43,428 nt of DNA from a virus: positions 1 to 43,428 of the IMG/VR virus record IMGVR_UViG_3300045988_029530. One strand, given 5' to 3'. This document shows positions 13,544 to 24,400 of the stretch, one piece after another. The notes beneath the pieces were generated by a model, which saw only the letters and a program-made list of their open reading frames with translations, made no database searches and was not told the origin of the DNA. Position 1 is the first letter of the stretch, and the number at the start of each line of letters is the position of its first letter. The position numbers and the translations under genes are program-made.

Positions 13544-13563
13544 TTTTCGTGAGTTCACGAAAA
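13544..13563. promoter_or_regulatory. 20-bp palindrome TTTTCGTGA-GT-TCACGAAAA (operator-like) just after the stop of gene 13582..14301
   Basis: 9-bp perfect arms. It shares the CGTGA/TCACG half-sites with the Cro-side operator, but at a different spacing. Confidence 0.4.
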
Positions 13564-13581
13564 AGCTGAAATGTTTGGTTG

Positions 13582-14301
13582 TCAGTTGCAGTTGCAGTTG
13601 CCGCAGCCCGCGTACTGGAACGGTGCCGGAACGCTGAAGGCCGGAACCGGTCGCGGATTGTTGAGCGCAAACTGGCTTCCGATGTAGCTCTTAAGGCCGT
13701 CCGTCTGCACCGCCTGCGAGGCCGCAAGCTGATAGCCGAACAGAAGCTGATTCTGCTCTGCGATCTTCGCGTCCTTCGCGGCCATCTCCTGCGCGGTCAA
13801 GCGCTGCTCGATGCTGCGCATTCCGCAGTTAAATGCGTCGATGATGTCGCGGGTGTTGTTCTGCATCAGGTTGCGCGTCTGGCAGTCCTGCGTCGCCATG
13901 TCGTAGCGCACCTGTGCGATGGCCTCGCGGTTTTCGCAGCAGCAGTTGGAAATCTGCTGCTGCAGCGCAAAGAGCTGCTGCATGAACTGCATCTGCGCGT
14001 TGCACCGTGCCAGCTCTGCGGCCGAGAAGCCGTCCTTGATGCTGTTGTTCAGCGCGAAGGTGCTGTCGCAGATCCCGTTGTTGATGCCGTCGAGCTTGCG
14101 TTCGATGTTTGCGAAGTCGGAAGCCAGCACATAGCCGTCCGAAACGCCGCCGTTGTTCCCGCCGAAGCCGTTGCGGCCCCAGCCGAACAGGAACAGCACG
14201 ATGATCCAGATCCAGCTGTCTCCGAACATTCCGCCGCCGTATCCGTTATAGGCCGGCTGCACAGGCATCGTCACCATGGGGTTTCCTTCCTGAAAAGACA
14301 T
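13582..14301 (-). CDS. Membrane protein with a Gly-rich N-terminus, one TM, a long coiled coil with a CCC motif and a Cys-rich tail (moron cassette gene 1)
   Basis: AAGGAG SD. TM segment WIWIIVLFLFGW. Also QQISNCCCENREAIAQVRYDMATQDC and C-terminal YAGCGNCNCN. The pattern recalls uncharacterised Clostridia proteins. Confidence 0.8.
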   Translation of the reverse strand: MSFQEGNPMVTMPVQPAYNGYGGGMFGDSWIWIIVLFLFGWGRNGFGGNNGGVSDGYVLASDFANIERKLDGINNGICDSTFALNNSIKDGFSAAELARCNAQMQFMQQLFALQQQISNCCCENREAIAQVRYDMATQDCQTRNLMQNNTRDIIDAFNCGMRSIEQRLTAQEMAAKDAKIAEQNQLLFGYQLAASQAVQTDGLKSYIGSQFALNNPRPVPAFSVPAPFQYAGCGNCNCN

Positions 14302-14325
14302 TTCGCTTTTTCTCCTTTCTCAAGT

Positions 14326-14356
14326 ATTTATATCAATTCGTGGCCACGAGATTGAT
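14326..14356 (-). promoter_or_regulatory. Extended -10 promoter (TGaTATAAAT) overlapped by the near-palindrome ATCAAT-CT-CGTGGCCACG-A-ATTGAT; autonomous moron promoter/operator
   Basis: Minus-strand read: gATCAATCTCGTGGCCACGAATTGATATAAATacttgagaaAGGAGaaaaagcgaaATG. Confidence 0.45.
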
Positions 14357-14357
14357 C

Positions 14358-14573
14358 TCACAAAAAAGCCCGGAACTGCTGTGCCATTTCCTGGAGCTGG
14401 TCAAGCTGCTGCTGATTGATTTTCCCAGACTGCACCAGCTTCATGACCTCCGCCTTCGGGTCTCCCTGAAAACTCGCCTGAAACTGTCGGAAATCCTGCA
14501 CCATCTTCTGAAACTGCCCCATTTGCCCGCTCATGCGATTCCCGCCGAGCTGCTGAAATAAGCTATTGCTCAT
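14358..14573 (-). CDS. Small Gln-rich hypothetical protein
   Basis: GGAGGG SD. 71 aa, MSNSLFQQLGGNRMSGQMGQFQKMVQDFRQFQ... Confidence 0.65.
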   Translation of the reverse strand: MSNSLFQQLGGNRMSGQMGQFQKMVQDFRQFQASFQGDPKAEVMKLVQSGKINQQQLDQLQEMAQQFRAFL

Positions 14574-14940
14574 CCTGCTTTCCCTCCATCAGCGCCGATA
14601 TTCTCTCCTCCAGCGCCTTCAATTCTTCCCGTGTCGCGTATTCCTCCGGCTTTTTCTTCGGCTGCTCGTTTCTCTCCGTGTAGTCGAAGATTCTGAGCGG
14701 CATCGGCATTCCGCTCTGGTCTGTCGATTTGATGTAGAACGAATGCTTTTCGCTGTCCATCAGCAGCACGGAGTTCCCCGCCGCCACCATATAGGCTTTT
14801 GCTCCTTCTTCGCCCTGCACCCAGATCACGCCGTTTTGCGTCGTCGCCTGCTGCGTCGGCTGGTATTGCTGCCGCATCTGCATCAGATTGTCCTGCATCG
14901 GTGCAGGATAGTACGGATTTCCATAGTAGGGGTATGGCAT
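14563..14940 (-). CDS. Hypothetical protein with a Pro/Tyr/Gln-rich N-terminus and a conserved beta-rich core (125 aa from ATG 14940)
   Basis: ATG 14940 lies directly after the upstream stop. MPYPYYGNPYYPAPMQ..., then GVIWVQGEEGAKAYMVAAGNSVLLMDSEKHSFYIKSTDQSGMPMPLRIFDY. Confidence 0.7.
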   Translation of the reverse strand: MPYPYYGNPYYPAPMQDNLMQMRQQYQPTQQATTQNGVIWVQGEEGAKAYMVAAGNSVLLMDSEKHSFYIKSTDQSGMPMPLRIFDYTERNEQPKKKPEEYATREELKALEERISALMEGKQDEQ

Positions 14941-14941
14941 T

Positions 14942-15328
14942 TTAATTACTCCTTTCCTTTTCCCAGAAGTAGATTGGCGTCTCGCCGCTGGAATCCCAGC
15001 TATCAAACAGCTTTCCGTCCTCCACGCACACCGCGTGTCCGGACAACGCCAGAACGAACGTTCCCGTCGGGTGCTCCTGTGCAAAATCCGCCACCGTGTA
15101 GCACTCCGGGCAGTCCTCCCGCACAAGGCTGCGCCGGAACCCTTGCTTCTTCAGGTACGCGCCCCACACGGCGTTGCTCGACGGCATGTCCGCCGCCAGA
15201 TTCCCCTCGATGCAAAGTCCCCAGTAAACGCTGTCCCAGTCCTTGCCGGTCGCCTTGGCGATTGCCCGGACCGTGCAGTCTCCGACCGCTTTCCCCCTCG
15301 GATTCGGCTGAAAATACGAATATGCCAT
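14942..15328 (-). CDS. Papain-like (Cys-His-Asp) cysteine peptidase/amidase-like protein
   Basis: AGAGGTG 6 nt before ATG 15328. Candidate triad: GDCTVRAIAKA (Cys), LSGHAVCVEDG (His), DSWDSS (Asp). Confidence 0.55.
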   Translation of the reverse strand: MAYSYFQPNPRGKAVGDCTVRAIAKATGKDWDSVYWGLCIEGNLAADMPSSNAVWGAYLKKQGFRRSLVREDCPECYTVADFAQEHPTGTFVLALSGHAVCVEDGKLFDSWDSSGETPIYFWEKERSN

Positions 15329-15379
15329 ACTGAACACCTCTTTTCTGTGTCCAGTATGGCATATTTCCGTTTTCGTTGT

Positions 15380-15419
15380 GGGTCACTTATGGGTCATTTA
15401 GGGGTCACTTGCGGGTCAA
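15380..15419. repeat. Four GGGTCA(Y/A) motifs phased at exactly 11 bp (iteron-like array)
   Basis: GGGTCAC at 15380, GGGTCAT at 15391, GGGTCAC at 15402, GGGTCAA at 15413. The last one overlaps the stop codon (15416..15418) of the giant gene. Confidence 0.9.
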
Positions 15420-18400
15420 CTCCACGGCATCATCCACCAGTCATAGCTTTTGTATTCCTGCCCCATGATCCAGTCCTTTTGTTCGGCGGTCAGGTTTAGG
15501 CTGTCGATCAGCTCGATGACCTTTTCCTTTCTGCTTCCGGAGATCGCCTTGCCGTTCTCGTCCTTGTCGGATTCCAGTTTCCCGACGGCCATGCGGAACT
15601 CTGTGTAGGCTTTCGCCGGGATACCTTCCTCCTGCGCCGCCTTGAACTTCTTCGCGTCCCCTTCTCCTGTGTAGACCGCACCCAGCGCCGCATACGCCTC
15701 CTTGTCCGAAAGACCGGACTGCATGATAGCCTGCGCCTTGAACGTCTGGTTCAGGTCGTTCTCTCCCGCGAGAGCGCGTGCTTTCTTTTCGACCTTCAGC
15801 GCATTGTTTTGGCTCACGCCCGCTGCGGTCATTTTGTTGTAGAAGCTCGCGGACTGCGGCACAAGCGCCTCGTTGATTGCCTCGCGGTTCTTCCCGGAAT
15901 ACTTCTTTCCGTCCAGCCAGTTTGCAAACTCCGCCGCCCACTCGCTGGCCTTGGCCCCTGCGCTCAGCTCGCCGCGCTTGTCGAGGATTTCGGAAATATC
16001 CTTCCACTTCATTCCGGCGTCGAGCAGTTTGTCAATTGCGTCGTCGTTGTAGTGGCTGACCATTTCGCCGTAGATGCTTGCTTTCTGCCGGTCTGTCAAG
16101 CCCTCCTGTGCCGCAAGCTCGGCGCGTGCCGCCTTGCGTCTGGCTTCCTTCGCCTGCAATCTTGCTTTTTCCTCGGCCTCGGTCTCGTTTTCCTTCTCCT
16201 TCGGCACGTCGATTGCCATCTGCGCATCGTCCATCCGCATCATCAGGCCGTAGAGCATATAGCCGTTCACGCCCTCGTCCCGCAAATCCATCCAGAGCTG
16301 CGTCTGGTCGGCGTCCAGCCCGTAGCTCTCCCCGGCGTAATACCGCTTTGCTTCCGGTGTCGCGTTCACGCCGAACAACACCGTCCGGATTGCATTGCCC
16401 ACATCGTCCGTGTCGATGGCGTAACGCAGGCGTTTTTTGTCTCCGTATCCCTGCATTTTTCCGCCCTCGATCAACGCCTTGATGCCGAAGCCGGTTTTCT
16501 GTAACTGGTTGCCGCCCGGCACCAGCAGCGCCGCCGCCTTTACCGCTGCCTCTGCCGAGTCTCCCGAGAAGACACCGTTTTCCTTCCACGATTCAAACAC
16601 GTCCCTGAACTTTGTGATGATTTCCGTGATCGGCATGTTCCGGTCTCCCGTGCCGATCATTGCCGAGAAGTTGGAGAGCATCGGAACGTCGTCTATGATA
16701 TTCCCGAGCGTTGCATCCATCGCTTTCCACGTATCAAATTTCCGGCCTTCCTTCGGGACATCCTCAAAAATCTCTTTCCCGCCGATCTCCATCGTCACCT
16801 TGTTGATAAGGCCCTTGATGTAGTCGTTCGTCGGCAGTCCCTTGCCCGAGGCCACAAAGTTTGCAGTAATGCCCGCGATGTCCAGCGGCACCGGCGTTCC
16901 CCCGTACCACTCGTCCGTCAGCCGGTTCACTATGAACGCAACGGCCAGATACCCGAGAATTTGCCCGATCAATTTGAGCGTTGCAGCTTTCTTTCCGTGC
17001 TCCTTCACCGTCTCTCGGTATTCTCTCGCTGTTTCAAACAGCATACCGTCCAGCGATCCATAGGCTTCTTCGCTGAATTGATGCATCAGCTTGTCCACAA
17101 GGTTTTTGCCATAGAATGCAGTTGCTCGTTCGCCCTTTGCCCTGCTCGACATGGTCCGCCTTCCAAAACGGTTCGACATCGTCATGGCTTCTTCATGGCT
17201 CATTCCCTTTAGTACGGACTCAATATACATGCTTCTTGCCGCCAACGTTGCTACAAACATGTCCATTGCACCGATTGGCCCATACAGAGTATCCAGATAC
17301 GCCTCTCCTGCTCCTTTTCTTCTGTTTTCCACGCCGCGCCTGTTGGTCAGGAAGCTGCTTTCCAGCCTGAACAGATCGAGCTTGTGCGGGATACACATCT
17401 CACGCAGCGCCGTCATAATCGCTCTTTTCTTCCTTTTCGTCCAGATGGTTGCGATCTGCCCGCACTGCGACAACACAGAAGAAAAATTTCCCGCCACTCT
17501 GGAAATGGCAAACAGGCCGACAATCTTGTTTCCCGTGTTCAGTATCTCTCGCCCGCCGTCGTATTCCATGCCTCGGTCGCCTCCGTACTGCTTGTTTGCA
17601 ATGATGTTCGTGAAGTTCGTCACCCACTGCGCAAAGTTGGTGTACCGCGTGTTGAACTCGTTCGCCTTGACGGCCTCTTCGATCATTTTTTCAAACTCGT
17701 TCTCGACTTCCTTTGCGGTGATTTCAGAGATGCTCTTCTCCTTCAGCTTTCCTTTTGTCTGCAACCACTTTGCCTTTTCCAGTGTGTCGCCGCGGCGGAT
17801 TCGGTCAAAGATTTCGTCCAGTGAGGCCTTTGTGTTTCGTTTGGCTCCTGCGTGCAGATAGCTTTCCAGCCCGCGCAGCTTCACAATATCTCCCGTGTGG
17901 AAAATCACATCCGCGACGCTGTCAATGTATTTTTCGGTTGCCGCAACGATGTCATAGTCCGTCCGGAATGAATTGCGCTTCATGAAGAACGAAACCCATG
18001 GTTTTTTCGGCTTGAATTCCTGTGTCTGTCCGGCGATCTCCGTCGGCAGTGCATGAAGCTCCTCCTGCTTGCTGAAATTTTCAAGTCCGACGACGGATAG
18101 AATTTTCTCGAAGCCCTTCAGCTTGTTGTTGAAGCGCCCGTGCGGTGTGTAGCCCAGCACCTTTCCGATCGGCTCCATGCCGTAGGCCGCAAGCAGCTCG
18201 TTCAGCGCCGGGTAGATATCATCGTACCATTGCCGGTAAACCGGTGCGGCGTTCTTCGTGATCGTCTTGTCTATCTTCTCGTCATTCTCTGCCGCTTTTC
18301 TGATATAGAGGTCATAGAACAGCCCCTCCTGAACCGCGCTGAATTTCATTTCCTTTGAAATGTCCTCCAGCTTTTCGCCGCTCAAGGCTCTCTGCGCCGC

Positions 18401-21400
18401 CGCCAGAATGTCCTTTGATCTCCGGTTGTCCTTCGCCCGCTGCTCCGCGCCCTCGGTGTCCAGCATAACGTGAACGTACTGCGATTCCTCCTTCGTCAGC
18501 TTCCGCCGTTTTCCCTTGCTGTCCTCAAATTCTTCAAGCTTATCCCTTTGCGCAGTCTTCCATCGTATGCTTTCCGCAGTATTTTCCCCGATGTCATAGA
18601 TATATCTCTGGTTCAATTCCTCTCCGAGTTCATCGCCAAACAGCCGGTATATCAGTATTTCCGGTGCCGTCAGGTTCATTCTTTTCAGCGGCATATTTTG
18701 GAACAGCTTCGGATTTGCCTGAAGCTCCAGCTCTGTCGGGATGGATTCCATCGCCATATCCAGCGTTGCCCTGTTGATCGCGCGTTTCCGCTTCTCCAGC
18801 AGATTTTCCCCCTGCATTCTCTGGTTTGCATACAGGTCGGAAAGCTCCTTGACGGTTTTGTAGGCCATATTGCTTTCGTCAATATCAGCCATGGTTTTCC
18901 GGCCGGCCGCAATTTGCTGTGCAAGGAAGATTTCATCGTCATTCGGCCTTTTATCCTTGATATAGCGGTCAATTCTCACATCGGTGTTCCGTCTGCCCTC
19001 TGTCTCTGCCAGAATCTGCGGCGCAGTCTGGAAGTTCACAATCGTTCCGTGGATTTTGATTCCCATTTTCTCCATGGCCGGGCTTCCCTTGAATTCCTTA
19101 ATCGGCACGCCCTCAAAGTAAACCGGTCTGTTCTCGTGCTTCATGGCCTCCATCCGGTCTTGGATCGTGATCTCCGCCGCCTTGATCTTCTGCGCGGCCT
19201 CGCTCGCCTTGCCGTCCTGCTTGCCAAGCCTTGCCGTCTGCTTTGCCGTCCATGTGCCGTCTCTTCGGGTTTGCAGCTTCCACACCTTTCCCGTGGCGCT
19301 TTCAAGCAGCTCCAGAGCCTCCTTTGGCTCCAGCTTGGTCTGCGACGAGCGCATCGGGTTCACGCTGTCATAGAGCAGTCCGACCTCGCGCAGGGCGTTG
19401 GTTCTGCTGTGCTTCCGAAGCCATTCGTCCCCGGCTTCTCTCAGGCTTTCGCTTCTCTCCTGCTCATATTTTTGCGCGGCCTGTCTTGATTTCTCCGCAC
19501 GTTCCTCCGCCACCGGCCGCAGATCGTTTGTCTCTCTGCCCTCCGTCTGGCCGTCGTACCACTCGTAGAATGCCCCAAGATCCTCTGCGTCCGCCGCGTC
19601 CTCCAGCTTCTCCTGCGGCATACTCGCAAGCAGAGCCGCCGTCTCCTGCACGCTCGGCTGATACTTCGGTTCCACCGCCGTCAGCAGCTTCGTTTCCATG
19701 TCCTTCACGCTGGAAAGGCCGGTCTCCTTGTTCGTGAACAGCACCGTGAGCATGCCCTTCCTCGTGCTCTTGTCCAGCACAAGGCCGTAGTTGCCCATGT
19801 CTGCCGCCTTGACCCACGTCCGCAGGGGATACACCTGTTTCCCGTTCAGGTAGGGGAAGCCGCGCTTCTGCGCCGCCGCCTCCGAGATCGTCCACGGCTC
19901 CACAACGCCCTCGGCCTTTTTCGTCGGCTGCACGCCGTCCGCCTCGCGGAGGATCGATTCCAGCCGTTCGTCCGCTTCCGCCTTGGCGGCCTTGTCCTGC
20001 GCGATTCTCGCGTCCCGGCCTGCCTTTTCTGCGTAGCTGTTCAGCAGCCTCTCAAAGGTCGTCCTCTGGTATTCCGTCTGCTCGTCCACGGTCATTCCAA
20101 AGCGCTTTTCGTTTTCCTCCATGGCCTGCCGGTAGGGCAGCTTCGTGTCCATGCCCTTGTCGGCCATCTCCGCCATCCGCCGCAGCATCTCCGTCATGTC
20201 GTAGGTGTCCGGGAATGCGCCGGGGTACTGCTCTGCCAGCTCCTTGTAAAGCTGGTCGATGCCCTGCTTGCCCTCGTCCTCCACAAAGTAGAACTTGTGC
20301 CGTCCCATGGCGCGCTTCTTAAAGCTGTTCCAGTCGTCCCCGAATTCCGTCCTGACCCACTCCGGCACGAATACCTTCTGCCCGTAGATCGTGTCTCGGA
20401 TTTCTTTGTAATAGTCGTCCGCTGGCATCGTCTCCGTCCCGAGGTTCATCACCGCTTCAAACAGGTCGTCCTTTTCCGCTTTCAGCAGCTTCACGCCCTG
20501 CTGCATTTCAAGCATCGGCGTTTCCAGCAGCCCGTTTAATTCCTTGCTGTCGTAGCTCTGGATGTTGAACAGCCTCCGCATGCCGCTTGTCAGGTCGCGC
20601 TTATATCGCTCCTGTGCCTTTTCCTTCTCCTGCTCCAGCTTTTCCTGCGCGGCGGTCAGCTTGCTTTCCGCCCGCTGCACCTTTTCCTCCGGTGAGAGGG
20701 AAAACCGCTTCTTCGGCTCCAGCAGCTTCTCGGCCTTGGCCTCCGCCTCCTGCCGCGCCTGCTCGTTTCCGGCCTTGTATTCCACCACGTTCAGGCCGTT
20801 CATTTTCAGCTTTTCCACAAGCCACCAGTCCACGCTCGACGGGATCACCGCCGCCATGTTCTCAAGGTGCGCATTGTTGTTCCGCGCGTCCTCGTTCTTC
20901 ACGATCAGCGACACGTCGCCCGCGCCCTCGGTGTTCGTCAGCAGCTCCTGCACCGGAATCCTCGCCGACCCATACAGCGCCTCCAGATCATCCTCGTTCA
21001 GATTCCGAATGGTCGTGAGATTTTCATTTTCCCTCTTGAAATTCTCTGCACTTTGTGCTACACTGCTCCACGAGGAAGCATTGTTTGTTATGAGCGAGCC
21101 CCTCCCATTCTGGGCTGAGGGCACAACGCCGTCTGCAATGCTTCCTTTGTCTATTTTGCGAACATTGTTGATGTCATACAGAATATTCCTGTCATTTCCT
21201 CTGGCAATGTTCAGTTTCGCAGAATAGATATTCCCCTCCATGTCTTGAATATATGTTTTTCTATACTCCCATCCTCTGCTGTCCATCCACTGATGCGTAT
21301 GTTCATCGGTGGCATTTTCATGTCTGGACGTTTCCAGAAGTTCAGAAAGCTGTACAACCGCAAGCGCTCTTGCGTTGTCCCCTGTGTAGCGCGCCAGTTT

Positions 21401-24400
21401 ATCAATCACCTTGTGGTTGTTATTCGCACCGTCTTTTCTTACGCGGTCATTTTCTCTTGCCAGATAGATTGTTTCTTCGTTTCCGCTTTCATCAACCGTC
21501 TGCAATGTTTTCCCCGCAAGGTTCTCGTATACGAATTTTCCGAGTGCCTTCCCCCAGTTTCGCGGGCTTACTCCGTCAAACAGTTTCGTGTCCAGCACCA
21601 CGCCGATGCCGTAATCCTGTTTTTCGCCTTTGATCTCCGCAATGGAATAACCGTTCCCCGTGTCCTCCGTCAGCAGTGCTCTGTCCCATCCGAGGTCGGG
21701 CATTTTGTTTTTCCGTTCCTCAGCGGTCAGCTTTCTGCGGCCGGCCGTCTCTCTGGCCTCGATCTCTCCTGCGGAATTGATGTATTGCCCCAGATAGACC
21801 TCGCCGGGGTTTTCCATCTGCCGTTTCAGATCAAGCAGCTTCCCGAACCACTCCTTCGGATAGAGCTTTTCATAGAGCCTGTCGTGCTCCGCGTCCATCC
21901 GGTCGTATTTCTCCGTGTCTCCCGGCTTTTCGGAGTAGAACAGGCGTTCCAGCTCCCCGTCGATCTCCTGATAGCGGATATAGTCGTTCTGTTCTTCCTT
22001 TGTCAGGCCGTTCAGAATGTCGCTGTACTCCCGCTGCAAGCGCTCCTGCAACCTGTCTCCGCTTTCATAGTCGCGCCGCGCCCAGTATTCCGGGCTTGTC
22101 CCGCCCTGAAATCCCTCGTATTTCTGGATGATGTGCTGAATCTCGTGCAGCAGCGTCTCCGGCCCCTTGCCGAACAGGCTGTCGGAGAGAATAATCGCGC
22201 CGTTTCTTTTGTCAAATTTTCCCTTCACGCCGGGATCCAGCTTTTCAAAGCGCACGCTCGTGTGCCGCAGCAGAGGATACGCCTCATAGAGTTCGTCGTG
22301 CTTCAGGAAGTCCTGAAGCTCGTATTTTTTCTCCCATACCCTGTCGCTGTATTCCTCCTGAAGCGCTTCCATTTCCGCTTCCTCTGCCTCTGTCAGCGGT
22401 TCTCCGCCCTTTTCAAAGCTGTCGCCCCATTTGTCTGTCAGTTCTTCCAGTCTGCGGTATCTCGGCTCGCCCAGCAGCCTTGCGTCCCCGTTCGGTCGGA
22501 ATTCCGCCTTGCTGTCGTCCACCTCAAACCGCCACTGGCCGTCCGCACCGCGAATCCATCCGGTTTTCCGCCAGATTTCCTCTCGGCTTGCGCCGTCCTC
22601 CTCCATGGCCTCCGCAAGCGCAAGGTTTTTGGAGCTGGCCGTCTTGGCCTTCGGGCCTGCCATGCTCGCCCTTTTGCCGCCCTCTCGGGCGGTTTTTTCG
22701 TTTCCGTCGCTGTCCTGCGTCCGGCGCACGGCCTGTGAGACCTCTGCCGTCGGTGCGTTGCTCTCCCGCTGGCTTTGCATGCCGGCCGCATGCGTCCGCA
22801 TTGCGTCGATCAGCTTCTTGAAGCTCCGATTGACAAAGCGGTTCAGCCCCGCATAGGCGTCGGCCAGAATTTCCTCATAGACCGCCGTGTCGCTGTCATA
22901 TGCCCCTCGGTACGCCTTCATGTACTGCTCGACGATCTCGGTGTATTCCTCCGCCGTCATGTTTTCGCTCACGCTTTCCAGCGCCGTTACAAGGTCAACC
23001 TCCGCCGCGTGCACCTTCGCGTGGAAAAGCTCATGCTCCATCAGCACCTCCGGCTCGTAGATGCTCGAAACGCTCACAAAAATGCGCCCGCTTTCTGCAT
23101 CAAACATCGCGTCCGTGTTGTGGAACTCTCCGTCCTCGCCCTTGATGGACATCGTGCCCACCACGAAGGTTGTTTTCACGCCCTGCTCCTTCGCCTCGCG
23201 CTGCGCCTGCTTCATGGCCTGCGTGTACTTCCGCACCGGCACGATTCCGACCATCACGTCAGGGTCGCCGTCTGCGGTCAGCTTGTCCATGCCGGTGTCC
23301 AGCACGGTTCCCTTGAAGCGCTCTACTCTTTCGTTGAGCTTCTGCCGGCGAAGATTTTCGCTTTCATTTCCTCCAGCTTCGCCCGTTCCTCCTCGGTCAG
23401 CGGTGATTCGTGATCCGCTTTCGACCACGCCGCCAGTCTGTCCTTCGGCACCCACACGCTCATTCCGCTCTTGGTTTTCATTAACACTCTGGGATTGCTC
23501 ATTGCTCATTCCTCCTTCGGTTTCCTGCGCCGCCGGCGCATTGATTTCCTCCGCCTGCACCGGCTCAACCGGTGCAGCTTCCTCCTCTGCCGCGCTCTGG
23601 TCGGTCTCCTGCGCCGCCTGCGGCGTTTCCTGCGTGGTTTGCTCTGCGGTCGGTGTGTTTTCCTGTGCGGCGCTTTCTGCGGCTCTCTGCGCCCTCTCTG
23701 CGGCTCTCGCGCTCTTTTCCGCGTCCAGCACATCCAGATAGCTCTGTGCAGATTCTGCCACGAAGATGTCTCCCGCGTCCGTGCTGCTTCGCAGGGCCTC
23801 TATGGTCGCCCGCTGCGTGATGATCTGAATGTCCAGCGCCCGGTCTGTCATCAGCGCCGCATTGCTCTGCTGCTCTGCGCGGATGATGTTCTGCATCTCC
23901 ATGTCCACAAAGCCGCCGTTCGCCTGCGGCGGCGTGTACCGCTCGAAGCTCTCCGAGATATTCTGTGCGCTTTCCAGCCGGTCGGCCAGCGTGTTGAACT
24001 CCCGCACGATGGTGTTCCACTCGCTCTTGGCTTTCTTGATCTGGCTCTCGCTCCATCCGTTGAAGCGCATCAGGCTTTCATCGCCCGCATAGTATTGCGC
24101 CGTGTACTGCGCCATGGTGCCGTAGAGCACGTCCAGATTGCTCTGCGCCTGCTTGCCGAAGCGCGTGATCACCTTCGACTGCACATAGCTTTTCGCTCTG
24201 GCCGTCAGGTCAACAATGTCCTCCGGTGCGCTCATTACCATCGAAAGCAGCACGCCCACGGTAAATTCGTCCACCAGTTCCTTTGCCGTCAGGTCGCTCT
24301 CGCCCGTCAGCGCGTAATCCAGCGCCGCGCCCGCAACGGCCGATGCCACCTCCTCCAGACCCTCGCCGATGCGGTCGAACACCTTACTCGATACGATCTT

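Noticed and set aside
15380-15419. The short phased direct repeats, considered as a CRISPR array
   Set aside because: The units are 11 bp with no spacers of CRISPR size and there are no cas genes, so this is not a CRISPR array.
23258-23272. DGDPD (DxDxD) in the giant protein, considered as a possible crAss-like virion RNA polymerase metal-binding motif
   Set aside because: A DxDxD string is too short to be meaningful and does not match the (D/N)xDGD spacing of two-barrel polymerases. It sits in the lead-in to the metallopeptidase-like module, and I see no second-barrel motif.
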